A DNA stretch of 59,929 nucleotides, filler included, from Sphacelaria rigidula (taxonomy: Eukaryota): assembly GCA_964200075.2 (NCBI GenBank). It is 4 parts of 4 records of this genome, joined end to end, with 100 filler letters (N's around TTAATTAATTAA, not from the genome) between each part and the next. Parts side by side here need not be neighbours in the genome. Positions count along the whole stretch, not along the records: positions 1 to 14,909 come from CAXNAA020001992.1; positions 15,010 to 29,918 come from CAXNAA020001993.1; 2 more parts are not named here. One strand, 5' to 3'. Position numbers and translations under genes: made by a program. Below are positions 12,722-24,600 of this stretch, one piece after another (position 1 is the stretch's first letter; each line of letters opens with the position of its first letter). The notes under the pieces are model-generated. The model worked only from the letters and a program-made list of their open reading frames with translations. It searched no databases and was not told where the DNA came from.

Positions 12722-13384
12722 GTACAAGATTGCGCTCTTCTTCGCGTCAGTCTTCGGAAGGCCCAACATATGTTATTTCAGATGTAAGAAGTTAATGTTG
12801 ACAGAACGATTGTACACAGTCAGGAGGGAAAGCGGGAAAATAAGGTATTTCGAGGGAGTCCGGCAACTGTGTTCTTCGGTCCTGGACGTAATGGTGTTTA
12901 CATTCGTTTCACCAGGAGACCCTTGTGTAGATGAATGCATATCTAGGAAATGACTGCTTTTGTTTCGAGGGCTCAGCAGCTGTATCTAAACGAGAGCTAT
13001 GATGTAGTAGGTGGAGATCATCAGCACGCCCCCCGACGGGGCGAGTACGCAACAGCATGGGGAGAGTTACTGTCTTTCGGTGCTACTAAGTTGAGGGTGG
13101 TGCATAATGAGTACACCACCGACGACCTACTGCGTAAACAGCACTTGGCGGTTACAGATATGTTGTATCTTGCTACTACTGTGCGAGTACGACGTGGGAC
13201 TTGTCACGATCATGATCACGGCGAACACTAAATACCGTATTGTGGTGGCTATATTACCATGCCTCCTGTTCGGGTCCACAACTTCGTTGGACCCGAAGCG
13301 TCGTTACTTTCCCACAACCTGGGCTCTTGTGCTACTCACTGTTGAGGCTGATACCGTGAGATTCCCCCCCCAGAACCAACCCCG

Positions 13385-13520
13385 CAACTGACACAAAGAA
13401 AATGGCCAAATAGCGCATGGTGGCTGGTTTCAGACTGAATGAAGCGGCTCACGTGCGCGACATTATTGGCGAAAACGACCCGAAGCTGATCGGTGTGGTC
13501 GACTTTTGTCATTTTGAAAA
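13385..13520 (+). repeat. dispersed repeat family D
   Basis: GCTGGTTTCAGACTG(A/C)ATGAAGCG...GGCGAAAACGA shared with 15095-15250(+), 29070-29290(+) and 59540-59700(-). Confidence 0.75.
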
Positions 13521-13577
13521 AATATAGATTCTGGTTCCTCGAACCAGTCATATATTTGGGGGGCTGTCGGGGCATCA

Positions 13578-13783
13578 CTAACCCTAACCCTAACCATGGG
13601 GATGTTCAATCTCCGATGCGGTCCTCTAAGCACGCGGTCCTCTCACGCATTGCCGTTAGTGTTGGGGTTAGAGTCAGGGGCGTATTCTCTCAGGGACTGA
13701 CCCGATTGGATTTGGAATACATCGATCCTGAGGTGTTTTGAACTACGATGCGGTCCTCTAAGCACGCGGTCCTCCCACGCATT
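13578..13783. repeat. interstitial telomere-like repeats plus a 38-bp direct repeat
   Basis: CTAACCCTAACCCTAACC at 13578; degenerate GTTAG/GGGTTAG at 13655-13680; CGATGCGGTCCTCTAAGCACGCGGTCCTC(T/C)CACGCATT at 13615 and 13746. Confidence 0.75.
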
Positions 13784-14909
13784 ACACCCACCCCATGCAA
13801 CAACTTCAGCTCAACTGTACTGTACCAACCACAACGCACCAGCCGGCGATGGATATTTCCCGAACCTCGGCAGAACAGATACACATATTGTACAAGCAAG
13901 CCCCACGGACATTTCCCATTAGGACACCTCATCTCATGCTCTACTGCTTGACGCAAACTATTAGTAGGCACATGGATACTGTAGCTCCCGCGAAACTGTT
14001 TCTCCCGCGAGCAGTTGTCATTTACCCCTTAGACCGCGAGGCTAGTCTTCTGTTGAATCGGCATCAATTCCAAGTGAAAAAAAGTACGCATGATCCAGAA
14101 AGACGACTCTCGCGGTCTAAGGGTTAAGCCCAAGCTCGTAGCTTTACGTAGTGGTGTGAGTTTTGTCCATTGCAGTTTAGTCTTCATCCGGGCTTTTTCA
14201 TTTTCTGTTGTACCGTAGATCGGGCTGACTGACGGCGTTGAGAGATTTGCGAACTGTCTGGTATGAACGCGTCCTCATTGTTGATAGTAATTGATTTGTT
14301 TCGGTAGGTCCTGTGCCGGTACGTCGTAGATATAGTACCATCATTCTGCACGGTCAAGCATAGAAGATGTGGTCGAGGCGCTGACGATTTATAAGCAACA
14401 TACTACATACATGACATATCAGCAGGCACGGCGGTTTCGCCGCATATGCCTCTTCCTGCAGGCGGCCATTCCAAAGACTCTGGGCCTAGTACTGCATATT
14501 TTACTGTGTACATAAGGTGTATATTGTTAGTTTTTGTGCGATGCGAGGGAAGGAGTTATCACCTCATTCGCGCACTTGGGTGAATTTTCCAATTGTCGGA
14601 CAACCTGTTCTTCGATTGTGTTGGATACGGGCGCTCTAAAGCCAAGCCGGGTACGCTTTCACGCCCAAGTGCTACTTGTAAGAAAACCATGTCAAACTTA
14701 TGTGGCATTGTTTCATCTGCGGCATGTATGGAATCGCGCTACTGTAAAACTTCTGAAACTAACTGCTCATGGTGCATGGAATGCACGCATGACTTTATCG
14801 TTGCAATGAATGACGCAGCGCCAGGGATCGCTCCATTTGACGTCAGCGCAGAGGTCGCTAGGAGGCAAATAGAAACAGCGGATCATCTATGTTGAGGATG
14901 GAGATTTTC

Positions 14910-15009
14910 NNNNNNNNNNNNNNNNNNNNNNNNNNNNNNNNNNNNNNNNNNNNTTAATTAATTAANNNNNNNNNNNNNNNNNNNNNNNNNNNNNNNNNNN
15001 NNNNNNNNN
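14910..15009. other. artificial scaffold linker N44-TTAATTAATTAA-N44
   Basis: 100 nt with a central palindrome that gives stops in all six frames; identical copies at 29919-30018 and 44925-45024. Confidence 0.97.
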
Positions 15010-15388
15010 CCCGGCCTTGTAGGGATGCGAGGTCAATGGTTATATGACTACGGCATGCATGATCATGAGTACACCCCCCGAACCGCCCCCAAAACCGTCA
15101 CGAAGAAAATTGCCATACGGCACATAAAAGCTGGGTTTCAGACTGCATGAAGCGCGCCCCAAATGGGCGACATTGGCGAAAACGATCCCAAACGTATTAG
15201 TTCCTAGCTGCGCCGTGTGCCCGGCTTCGGTCGTCTTGATTTGCCTCCTGAAACCAGCCAATTTCTCGGGGGAGGGGGGGGGGGGGGGGGGGCCCCATCG
15301 CGCCCACCCCCTCGGGGGTTTTTGAAAGTTAACTCTCANNNNNNNNNGGGGGGGGGGGGCAGGGGGGGGGGGGGAGGCGGGGCGGAGA

Positions 15389-15427
<39 letters not shown>

Positions 15428-16789
15428 TATCGCGGCATAACTCTCGAGTGTTTTTGCAAGTTAACGTCTAAGTGTATCATCATTTCATCAGCCAGTCATT
15501 CACCAGCTGGTTGTTCCCCGCCACATATTATGCAGCGTGCATCAACGCTAGTAGATAGAAGGGAAAAAATGGTACGCCCTCTTCCGATCGGCCCGCCAAC
15601 ACGAACGCCTGACCAAGGATTCTTGGCCAATCAGGTTCTCTGAGATTTTTTTCCCAGCCAATCAGAAAACCGGATGCCACGTTACCCCTTCGTTGGTAGT
15701 TCCTGAGCGGATTTTGTGGGCTCGAATCCCGAAAGTACGGAGTACGTGTTGCTTTCTCGTCTCTGCCATCCATCCGTCGGGGCAAGTGAAAAGCACGACA
15801 CTCGTTTTCGACCGAACAAGCATCGATGAAAGGCGAGAGTCTGCCTGCGAGAGTGCTGATAGTCATTATCCAGTGCTCGATACGAAAGTAGAAGGTAAGT
15901 GCTACACAATGGAGGGAGTGGGGGTAAGGAGGAAGGTTGACCCCCCCACCCACCCAGCCACCCACCCACTCACCCGCCTACCCTTCCTTAGGACTACGGG
16001 CTCGTCGAGAGGAAAGGGCGGGGGAAATCGGATCAAAGGTGAGTACAAAAACGGTCGTTCACAGGTTGGGGCTACGTGTACCAAATGCCAAAAGGTCACT
16101 GAATCGTCGGTACTCCATGTCCGTCTGCCTGATTGCAAATCAACCGGAAAAAACGAGCGGACGTGTCAATTCCCCGCCCCAACCATCGCCGTCAAATCTC
16201 TTATCATGAGGTGTGTGCTGCTTGGGTGCACCTGCTCGGTGTCGGCCTCGGGAGCCCTTCTCGCCCTGTTCCCACCAGCTCTAAACCACTTCGCTCCGAT
16301 CATGCTCTTCGCCATCTCCAGGTCCGCTAACTAAGGGGGGGTGCAACAGTACAGATGGAGAACAGAAATTGAATTTGCGATGAGTTCGGCGCTTGGTTTG
16401 ATCCCACAGTCCAAAACTAAAAATTTTGAAGTCTGACCGCAGCGGTGTCCTTGCATGACGGCTAGTGCACAGACGGTCGGGGGTAAGATTCTTCGGCTGA
16501 TCCGCTGAGACTCCGTTTTCCTCCCGAGGAACGGAGGTACAAGGGTCCAAAGTTGATTGATTGGCTGACTGTTGATTGGTTGGTTGGCTGGCTGTCGCAA
16601 ATGAAGTCATTCGCTACTAGTATAGACATAATCCATCCGTGGTCACGGGTTAGACAGATGTACCCGAGGTAGATAGTCGGAAATGTGCCGTTGAGAAAAC
16701 TCGGTGGAAGAGGGGAAATGACGATAGATGAAGAACGATATAAGGAGAAAGCAAGTGTAGTAAGTTAACTGAACAAGGTAAGATGATGT

Positions 16790-17470
16790 AAGAAAAGAAA
16801 AGAAAAGAAGAGTACAGGAAGAAAAGAGAAGAGAAAGGAAAAGGAGAAAAAGAAACGCATAGCTCGAGCCTCAGATCTACTACTGCTTTCTTATCCTTAT
16901 CCTAACCCTAACTCCTGCCCTAACTCCTGCCCTAATCCCGAGAATGATGAGAAAGAAAACAAGGGCATATCAAGCTGAGTAGGTGAGATGAACAGAAAAA
17001 TACAAGAACGATAGGAGAAGGAGAGGAGAAGGAGAGGAGAAGGGGAGTAAACCAGAGCAGAGCAGAGCAAAGAAAAGCAAGGTAGAGTAAGGCAGAGTAA
17101 GGCAGAGCAAAGCAGAGCAAACAAAGCAAAGAAAGGAGATGAAAGGAAAGGAAAGGGCAGGAGAAGAAAGCAAAGCAATGCAAACCAAACCAGACGAAAC
17201 CAAACCAAACCAAACCACAAGCAGAGCAAAGGAACGCAAAGGAAGGCAAAGCAAAAGAAAGGAGATGGAAGGAAAGGAAGGGAAAGGAATGGAAAGGAGA
17301 AGAAAGGGGATGAAAGGAAAGGAAGGGGGAGGAGAGGGCAGGAGAAGAAAGCAAAGCAATGCAAGCCGAACCAGACCGAACCAAACCAACCCGAAAGAAA
17401 ACAACTCAAAAGCAACGCAACGCAACGCAACGCAACGCAACGCAACGCAACGCAAAGCAACGCAAAAAGA
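16790..17470 (+). repeat. purine-rich pentanucleotide mosaic microsatellite (GAAAA/GCAAA/CCAAA/GGAAA/GCAAC)
   Basis: 5-bp periodicity; (GCAAC)n at 17412-17463; internal duplicated block AGGGCAGGAGAAGAAAGCAAAGCAATGCAA; interrupted by a telomere-like tract at 16897-16938. Confidence 0.9.
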
Positions 17471-17584
17471 GCATAACGCGAGCCTGATATCTAGTACCGG
17501 TTCCGAGAAAGACTCGTCAGGCCGCTGCCGCATAGATTCAGGTACGGAGGCGGTACGAAAAAGCATGAGAGCAACGCTACGATA

Positions 17585-17775
17585 GGGGTTGCACGTTTTG
17601 TTTCTGGGTCTCGTTTTTGTAGGAGCCTAAATATATGGGGCTTGCTGTGCAACCCAAATCTCCGGGGACCGGACAATGGAGATGCACGCCGAGGCCTTTT
17701 CGTGAACCGGCATCATTTTCAGTCTTTTTCAAGTGAAAATGTTGCCGATTCTCAAAATTATCCGTGCAACACCCC
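17585..17775. mobile_element. short MITE-like element
   Basis: inverted ends GGGGTTGCACG...CGTGCAACACCCC; related fragment at ~45785-45890. Confidence 0.5.
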
Positions 17776-17927
17776 GAGAAAATTTTTCGCTCATAAAGTG
17801 TAACCCTACCGTAGCATCACTCATGACTATCGAAATCGCTTCCTACTGCGCTACCTGGGGAACGCGCCCTTGGGGCAGTTTTTCTTTTTTCGCACCTTGA
17901 ACCCCTCCTCTTCTTCGGGATAAGTCT

Positions 17928-18190
17928 GTGGTCTCAAGGGATCAACCCATCTCTCTCCCGGTACGCGCCTTACATTTTGGTCTCGTGGATTGGGTCATGA
18001 GTATCAGCACTCCCGCACCGCGTCAACTCACGTCATACACACTCAGTTGTCTACTTTGTTTACTCGCGTTCTCACGCTTTCCACGGTGGAAATTTTACAT
18101 TACGAAGAAAAAAACCAAACGCATCGGGAATCGAACCCCCGTTCTCTCCACCTAATGGCGACAGTCGGATCATAACACCACCGAGGTGTG
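17928..18190. mobile_element. repeat family E with a tRNA-like end (SINE-like)
   Basis: body similar to 1909-2060, 830-980 and 330-440; minus strand of 18118-18190 carries B-box GGTTCGATTCCC; related heads at 1845-1905(-) and 32882-32953(-). Confidence 0.6.
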
Positions 18191-20538
18191 GCGGCGTGTA
18201 CAGCAAGAGACGAAAAATAATATAAAATAAACGTATTTCAGGGTATATAAATGTGCTTGTACCTACTTTACTCGGCAGTTCTGATCTCATTAGACGCCGC
18301 CGAACCCTTTGACTCTGAACCCCATGAAGTACTTGCAGTTCACCATTGCAATTGTGATGCTTTAGTCTCAAACAGTACCCCAATAGTTTGATTCATTGAT
18401 GTTGATTGATTGTCGCACACTCGCTGATCCGCGAGGGACCCAGGCGTAGTCATTATCCAGAGGATTGATGCACCCGAGGTGAACAAACAGAAACGCTCGC
18501 TAGAGATAGAAAAAAAGGCAAGAATAAACACAAATATAGAGCAAGCACAAGAAGTAAACGAATGATCCCACATTTCTTGGATGTATGTGCATCAATTGAT
18601 CTGAACAAAAACGTTTTCCGCCATGACTTTGGTGGAAGCTGATTTTCTGAAGCGGGGTGGCGGCGTACACCGATTTTAAGGCTTCCAGTGTTCTGAGGTG
18701 AGCTTGGACGATGCTCAGAGGTGCTGACAGGGAACTCAAGAAAAGGAAGAATAGAGTACTGACGGTTAAGCGCCTATCTGGTTGTCCACTAGCATAGTAC
18801 TAAATAACCAAGTGCTTGTATTGCTCCATTCTCTAGGTTTTGAGCGGAAAGAAGCGATGTGATGTCTCAATTTTTTCAGGCCCGAGCGCTCAGGCCCGAG
18901 CACCAAGTCGAAATAAGTTGGGAGAAATTAACAAAGTTTTGACATACATCAAACCATATCCTAGAGTATAATCCCCCTTGCTCCATCCGCGTAAATCGCC
19001 ACACGTATCAATGATTCTGCTGCAAATGTAAATATCCGAAAAAGGCTTCGTATCCAAGCACACAAGAGACGAGGTAATCGCCATGGAGGAGGACTGTGCC
19101 GCATCGAGCAGCGGGAACGGGTTTGTCAGCGAACCTGCTTATTGTTCCGATACGAGTCCTCGAGCTCAAGGCATTGAAACACTCACAATCCGACAAGGAA
19201 TAACAAATCTACTTCTAACTTTCAAAATTAAATAAACAAAACATGATATTTTTTCGACAAAAAAACGATGAAATGTATCATATTTCTTCACAACGAGATA
19301 AACACGATGATCAACAATAACTAGTTCTTATTTCGAAGCCGCATCAAAATACCAAAAACATTGACACCCACTAGACGTTTTCATAGCTTCATGAACGATT
19401 CACCAAAACCGAATATCGAATAGTCTCACCCAATTATATGTTTTCTGGGTCTCAGGAACATTGATAAACACGTGCACTATAGTAATCGCTGCTACCACCA
19501 GCACGTTACCTTTTCACGAACGCAAAATCTTGTTCTCACGAAATAGCCTCGCCACAACCTCTGGACACCAATCACAGATCGTCGTAGCTCCAGCCGGCGT
19601 ACGAAAACGCACCTAGAGAAAACCGGACAGCCAATGAACACAACATGGGGCGGGCCCCCTTAATCTTGTCGAGGAGGACATATGTCAGTCCTAGCGCGTA
19701 TGCTAGGTGAGCTATATTCCCATCAGAAGTGGATGGACAACAACAATTACTTTGAGGTCAGGCACCTGGCGACTAACTATCTTGTCTATGCGGTCTCATA
19801 GGGTAAAATTGGATTATGTTTTGCCTTACCTTTCTCGGATAACTCCTCCCTCTCCTTTCCTTCCGTCTCCTTTCCCTTCCCTTTCCTTTTCTTCTCCCTT
19901 CTTTCCTTTTTCTTCCTCCATGTTTCTCTTATTCTGCGTGCAGTCTGTTCTGCTTGTGCTATCTATGTCTTAACATACATAGTTCCCTTCTTTTTGAGGA
20001 GTTTTCCAATAGCGAGTGGACGATCTGTTCGTATTTTGGTTCTTTCAAATACAGAATATGATCATGTATCATTAACCTTGGGTACGACTAAGTTGTGACC
20101 CCGACTGAATTCGTTGCGGAACACTTCATCACGTAAATAATCAACCGAATCAATACCATCTCGAGAGATGGAAAACCCAAACCCTCGATGCTGTCGCAAA
20201 CTGTAGCAACCACGCAGCCGAAAACTCATATCGTTCGCAACGAAGATCCAAAATTGGGGTGAATGAATCTTGCGATGGGCCGCCGCGCCCGAGTTATTTG
20301 ACTGGTACATATTTCAATTGGTTAGGATCGTAGGTTACGGATTCAAGCCCAGACACATTTTACGGTTTTGTTCTGAGAATTACGTGATTCCTTCCTTGAA
20401 AACGTGGGGACGTGAGAAGCAAAAGACGATTCGACGGGATTCGACGGGCAGCGGAAATGCGGGTCAAGCCCTCGGCAACAAAACGTCAGGCAGTTGCAGG
20501 GGGAAGATGATCCGTTGAGACGGCGGCGTTGGACTTGT

Positions 20539-20682
20539 GTCCAAATCCTGGACAAAATAATACACAGTCAAAAAGTGTACTGCGTACAGTATCGAATATT
20601 GCGCCTATTGCAATATACAAAAGATTCCATACTGCACGCAGTGCATTTTTTTACAACAGAATCTATTGTCCAGGGTGTGGAC
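20539..20682. mobile_element. ~150-bp fold-back MITE family (copies at 42601-42755 and 50424-50584)
   Basis: TIR ~TCCTGGACAA/TTGTCCAGG plus inner inverted AAAAA(A/G)TGTACTGC(G/A)TACAGTAT; found on three different scaffolds. Confidence 0.75.
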
Positions 20683-21303
20683 TAGTCCCCGGGGAAGGGC
20701 AGCCGTTAAGTATTGTACGTATTGTACAACCAAAGATGAGATGAAGTTTCGCCCAAATCTGTGTTGATGTACCAGTTTGATTACCGCGGTGCGACAATCA
20801 GATTGTCGTAGGTCATCATCCAAAGTGTATCTTTCACCCCAGGCGATAGGGAAGACGACCTCGATTTTCTCGTTTACTGCGGCGGCCACACAGCAAAAAA
20901 ATGCGGTGTCGTTGGATATACCTCGTCAATATATTCTGGAGTCTCTTCCTAGTGAAGACAAGGGCAGTATTCCTCATCGCCCTGGGTGGTACCAATACCC
21001 CATAATATATAGTTACCATACCATCGATTATTCTAGCTGGACGCTCACTAGCCCTTCGAGGGTCTATGCTAATCGTCCCGAGTAAAATAGCTGGGCGCAA
21101 TTCTGGAAAATGACCTATTGCGCAGGCGGAGATAAAACGGCAGTTGGAGAACGTGCGCGCTTACCGTAAATTATCGAAAACACTTCATTCTAGTCAATGA
21201 CATCAACTAAAAACTTGTCCGAATCCCCACCAACAACTCCTGAAGAAGTCGATTGAAGGACAACATTTCTCAAGTTTTTCCTCGTTTTAAACAAGCTACT
21301 CAC

Positions 21304-21567
21304 CTTGCGCAGTACCGTCTCCACAGGGCTTGCGCGGTAGTTGCAGCGCGATTGTGTTTTCGAAGCTGACTCGCCCGCACTTGTCGCTGAATAAGCGCCG
21401 CCATTGCTCTAGACTCAACGAGTCGCCGCTGGGTGGATGTTACACGGGGTTTTAGCGGCGTGTTAGCGGAGCATTACCAGAGTGCGTGTCGTACGTGGTG
21501 AGCAAACAATTTGAAATATATCGGGACGAGCCTTCCACAAATGGTTTTCGAGCGCCACTTAGCGCGC

Positions 21568-21604
<37 letters not shown>

Positions 21605-24600
21605 TCTTCCTCTTCCTCTTCCTCTTCCTCTTCCTCTCTGGGGGAGGGTGGGAGGTACTCATGACCTTGCATGCCGCAGTATTGATCTCGTGTCTCGCAT
21701 CCCTACAAAAGCCGAGACGGAGCACGCCGGGTTTTCGCCAGACTAGGCTCGCAATCAATCACCAAGCGCGAAGCGCCGTGATGTGTTCGGCGAGTCGCAT
21801 GAAGGGTGGGCTGCATCCTGCTAAAATTGTTCGGCCCGGAGCGAACTCATTATCTTTCGTATGGATGACAGCCTCCAATGAGTTGCTTCATTTTCTGGTA
21901 TAGCCACTTCGAGAGACAGGCACGGCTTACACACTGTCTCATGGGTGTCTCACCATTTGAACACTACGTAGTATCATCCTCTCCTTTGTGCGGAATTGAG
22001 GTTCTCCCACGCCGCACAACATGATCTAGCGCGACCACCATCATGTTTACCGCAGGGTGCGATGAATAAATAACATCAACATTCCTAGGTGATTCGTTTT
22101 TGAGGCCCGACAACCCATCACCCGTTTTTTTCGCGTTCTTCTCTATTTTCTCTTTCCTTTTCTGAATATATTTTCCCATTTTTTCTCACCGTTTTTAATT
22201 GAAAGGTATAGCACCAACCCCCTATTCAGGTCCGCCGTCGATAGATAGAATATACCCGAGCAATCACGCTAACGAAACTCACCCCTCTGGTGGCGTGGCA
22301 CAGTACCTCACTGCAGTGGCGAGCTGCAGGTGTTACTCTACCACGCAATAAAAAACACGCGGGTAATGTACTTGTAGGGGGGACGATACATCACGTACCC
22401 CGATACTACGTACAGGTGCTGGTGCAATGCGAAAAATGTCCGGAACGTCAACGCCCAGGAGAGTTATCTAGGGAGTGGTATACTTCGTACAGGTGGTATA
22501 CACCGTAGTTTACGGTACCTGATCTGGGTGCCGTCGGTTGGTCTTGAAGTCGTGCCCCAGCATGGCTCGACATATTTTGATCGCCGCGAGAATTCGGTGT
22601 TGGAGTCGGCGATGCGTGAAGTGCCGAACCGCGCGAACGATCCTACGAGCCGCCACGTACTCCTTTTCCAGTCGCGCCCTCACCGCTTCCGCCGACAGAT
22701 GCAGCTCGGCATGCCGAGATGGCCGAAGACCGATTGCTCCGACCACGATCGTCGTATTATCTGCGCGCACAAAAAAAAAAAGTCGTGTTTCATTTATTTA
22801 CAAAGCTAACACTGGTTGATTTTCAAGATGGAGTACATTTCAGAACAGTTTCTCTCATGCGTTTTGTTTTCGTCATACACATACACATGTCGTTCGAGGG
22901 GATGGTCGTCTGCAACGTTATGAGTGACGTGATGTGACATTGTTTCAAATGTGATGATGCCATAATTCACGAGGGAAAAACACAGAGCACGCCCCCACGG
23001 GTGAAGCGCGGTGGCTATATTGTTCTCGGTGCATCAAGCCCATCCTCACGCGAGATTTTTATCCCTCGAGCTGAAAATGATGGGTACGCAGGATATGAAA
23101 CAAACTCATCAACGAAAACGTGTTCCGCTGCGCTGGAGGGGAGCTACTATGTGCTGCATGTGAACATGCAAAAATGTGGAAATATTCTGAGCTTCCGATG
23201 GTTGACAAGCGAGCAAGAGTCATACGTTCAAAAGATGAGCCGGTCGCCCTTTCCTCATACGTTCCACACCTACCGCTGTTTCCACGGCCTTCGTGTCAGG
23301 CTACACAGAGAGTTACCGTGATAATACCAAAACACCTTCGTGGTCGTGTTCCATCCCCCACTTATCTTTTCTTCTTCTCCTCCCTTTGTCGATTTACCTT
23401 TCATGGCTGTTTTTTCCGCTTCGTTTGGCTTGGGCACGTACGTCTATCTCGTGGATAATGACCACGGCTGGATCATGACCACCTCGGAGTTCAGTTAGTG
23501 TGCGACAAACAACCAATGAATCAATCACCTAATTCACACACCCGGGTCTCACCAGCCGAAGACTCCAGGGTCGCCCGCGACTTAGGCCTCAGACATGACC
23601 CCACACTCTCAGGCTCCCCATCACCATCTCTGGACAGGACATCGGGTGGGCATGGCGGAGCAACCACTCCCGACATGAGGTTAACAGCCTGAGCCGATGC
23701 GTTTCCGGACGGTATCAGCGTTCCCGATATGAGGTCACCAACCCGAGGAGCAGCATCTCCGGATGACATGTGGGCAGCTTTTGCGATGTTACCCCTCCTC
23801 GTCGGTCGGTAGGGCGACGGCGGGGGAGGGGGTGGCGGCGACCGCAGCACTTCCACGAACGACCTCGTCGTTGATGCTTGGGCCAAGGCTTGTTGAGAAA
23901 CCCCGGACCCTAAAACGGACAGGGTGCGCATGCAAGGACACGCCGCGAGGAGCACCTCGAGCCCCCGATCATCTATCCCTGAGCATCCCTCAAGCCTCAT
24001 CTCTCGCAGACAGGGAAGAGCACCGGGCGGGAGCGCCTGGGCCCCGACAGCTACAGTCATTTTTCCGTGTCCCTCCAGGCCCAATCTCGTCAGCTTCACG
24101 CAATAGCGCGCTATAGACACGAATATGTCACCTGTCAAGGAATCTCCACGCGGTGCTACTTCTCGCCCGGTGATATTACTAACACCGGTTGGAACGGCTT
24201 CGACATCGACACCCAGCCGCCCGACGCTGCCGGCGCCGAAAGGAGCGCGGGTGTCCATGCGGGGCAAACGCGGCGCAATCGATGACCCCGGGGATTGGAC
24301 GTTTCTATTCCTCCCGGTGGTCGTAACGGTGCCGCGCGTGTCTGTGCCGAAACCTTCGCGTGCAGCTCTGAGATCTCGCAAATCGTGGAGTTGCTGGAGA
24401 GCTGCGATAAGGGCTGCTTCATCCGAAGCGGCACCGCAACGATCTAGAGCGAGGGTTTGTATCAGGGGGCAGAGAGCCGAGAGAGGTTCGAGGCAAGCGC
24501 CGGTGACCATCGGGCTGTCCGACAGGAATAGCCCCTGCAGACTGGGACACGCCTCTGCGAGAGAGGTCACCGATGCGTCGTCCAGGTTCGGTAACCGAAG

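Noticed and set aside
15265..15425. Long G/C homopolymers with short N gaps (also 25776-25930 and 32398-32600)
   Set aside because: Low-quality assembly around homopolymers; the poly-Pro and poly-Gly ORFs are not credible.
15693..16334. 213-aa ORF containing CTKC
   Set aside because: No recognisable domain or splice context; the opposite strand may be a retroelement remnant, but I cannot support that.
16897..17585. ORFs of 148-198 aa on both strands
   Set aside because: By-products of the T-poor pentamer microsatellite; translations are low-complexity.
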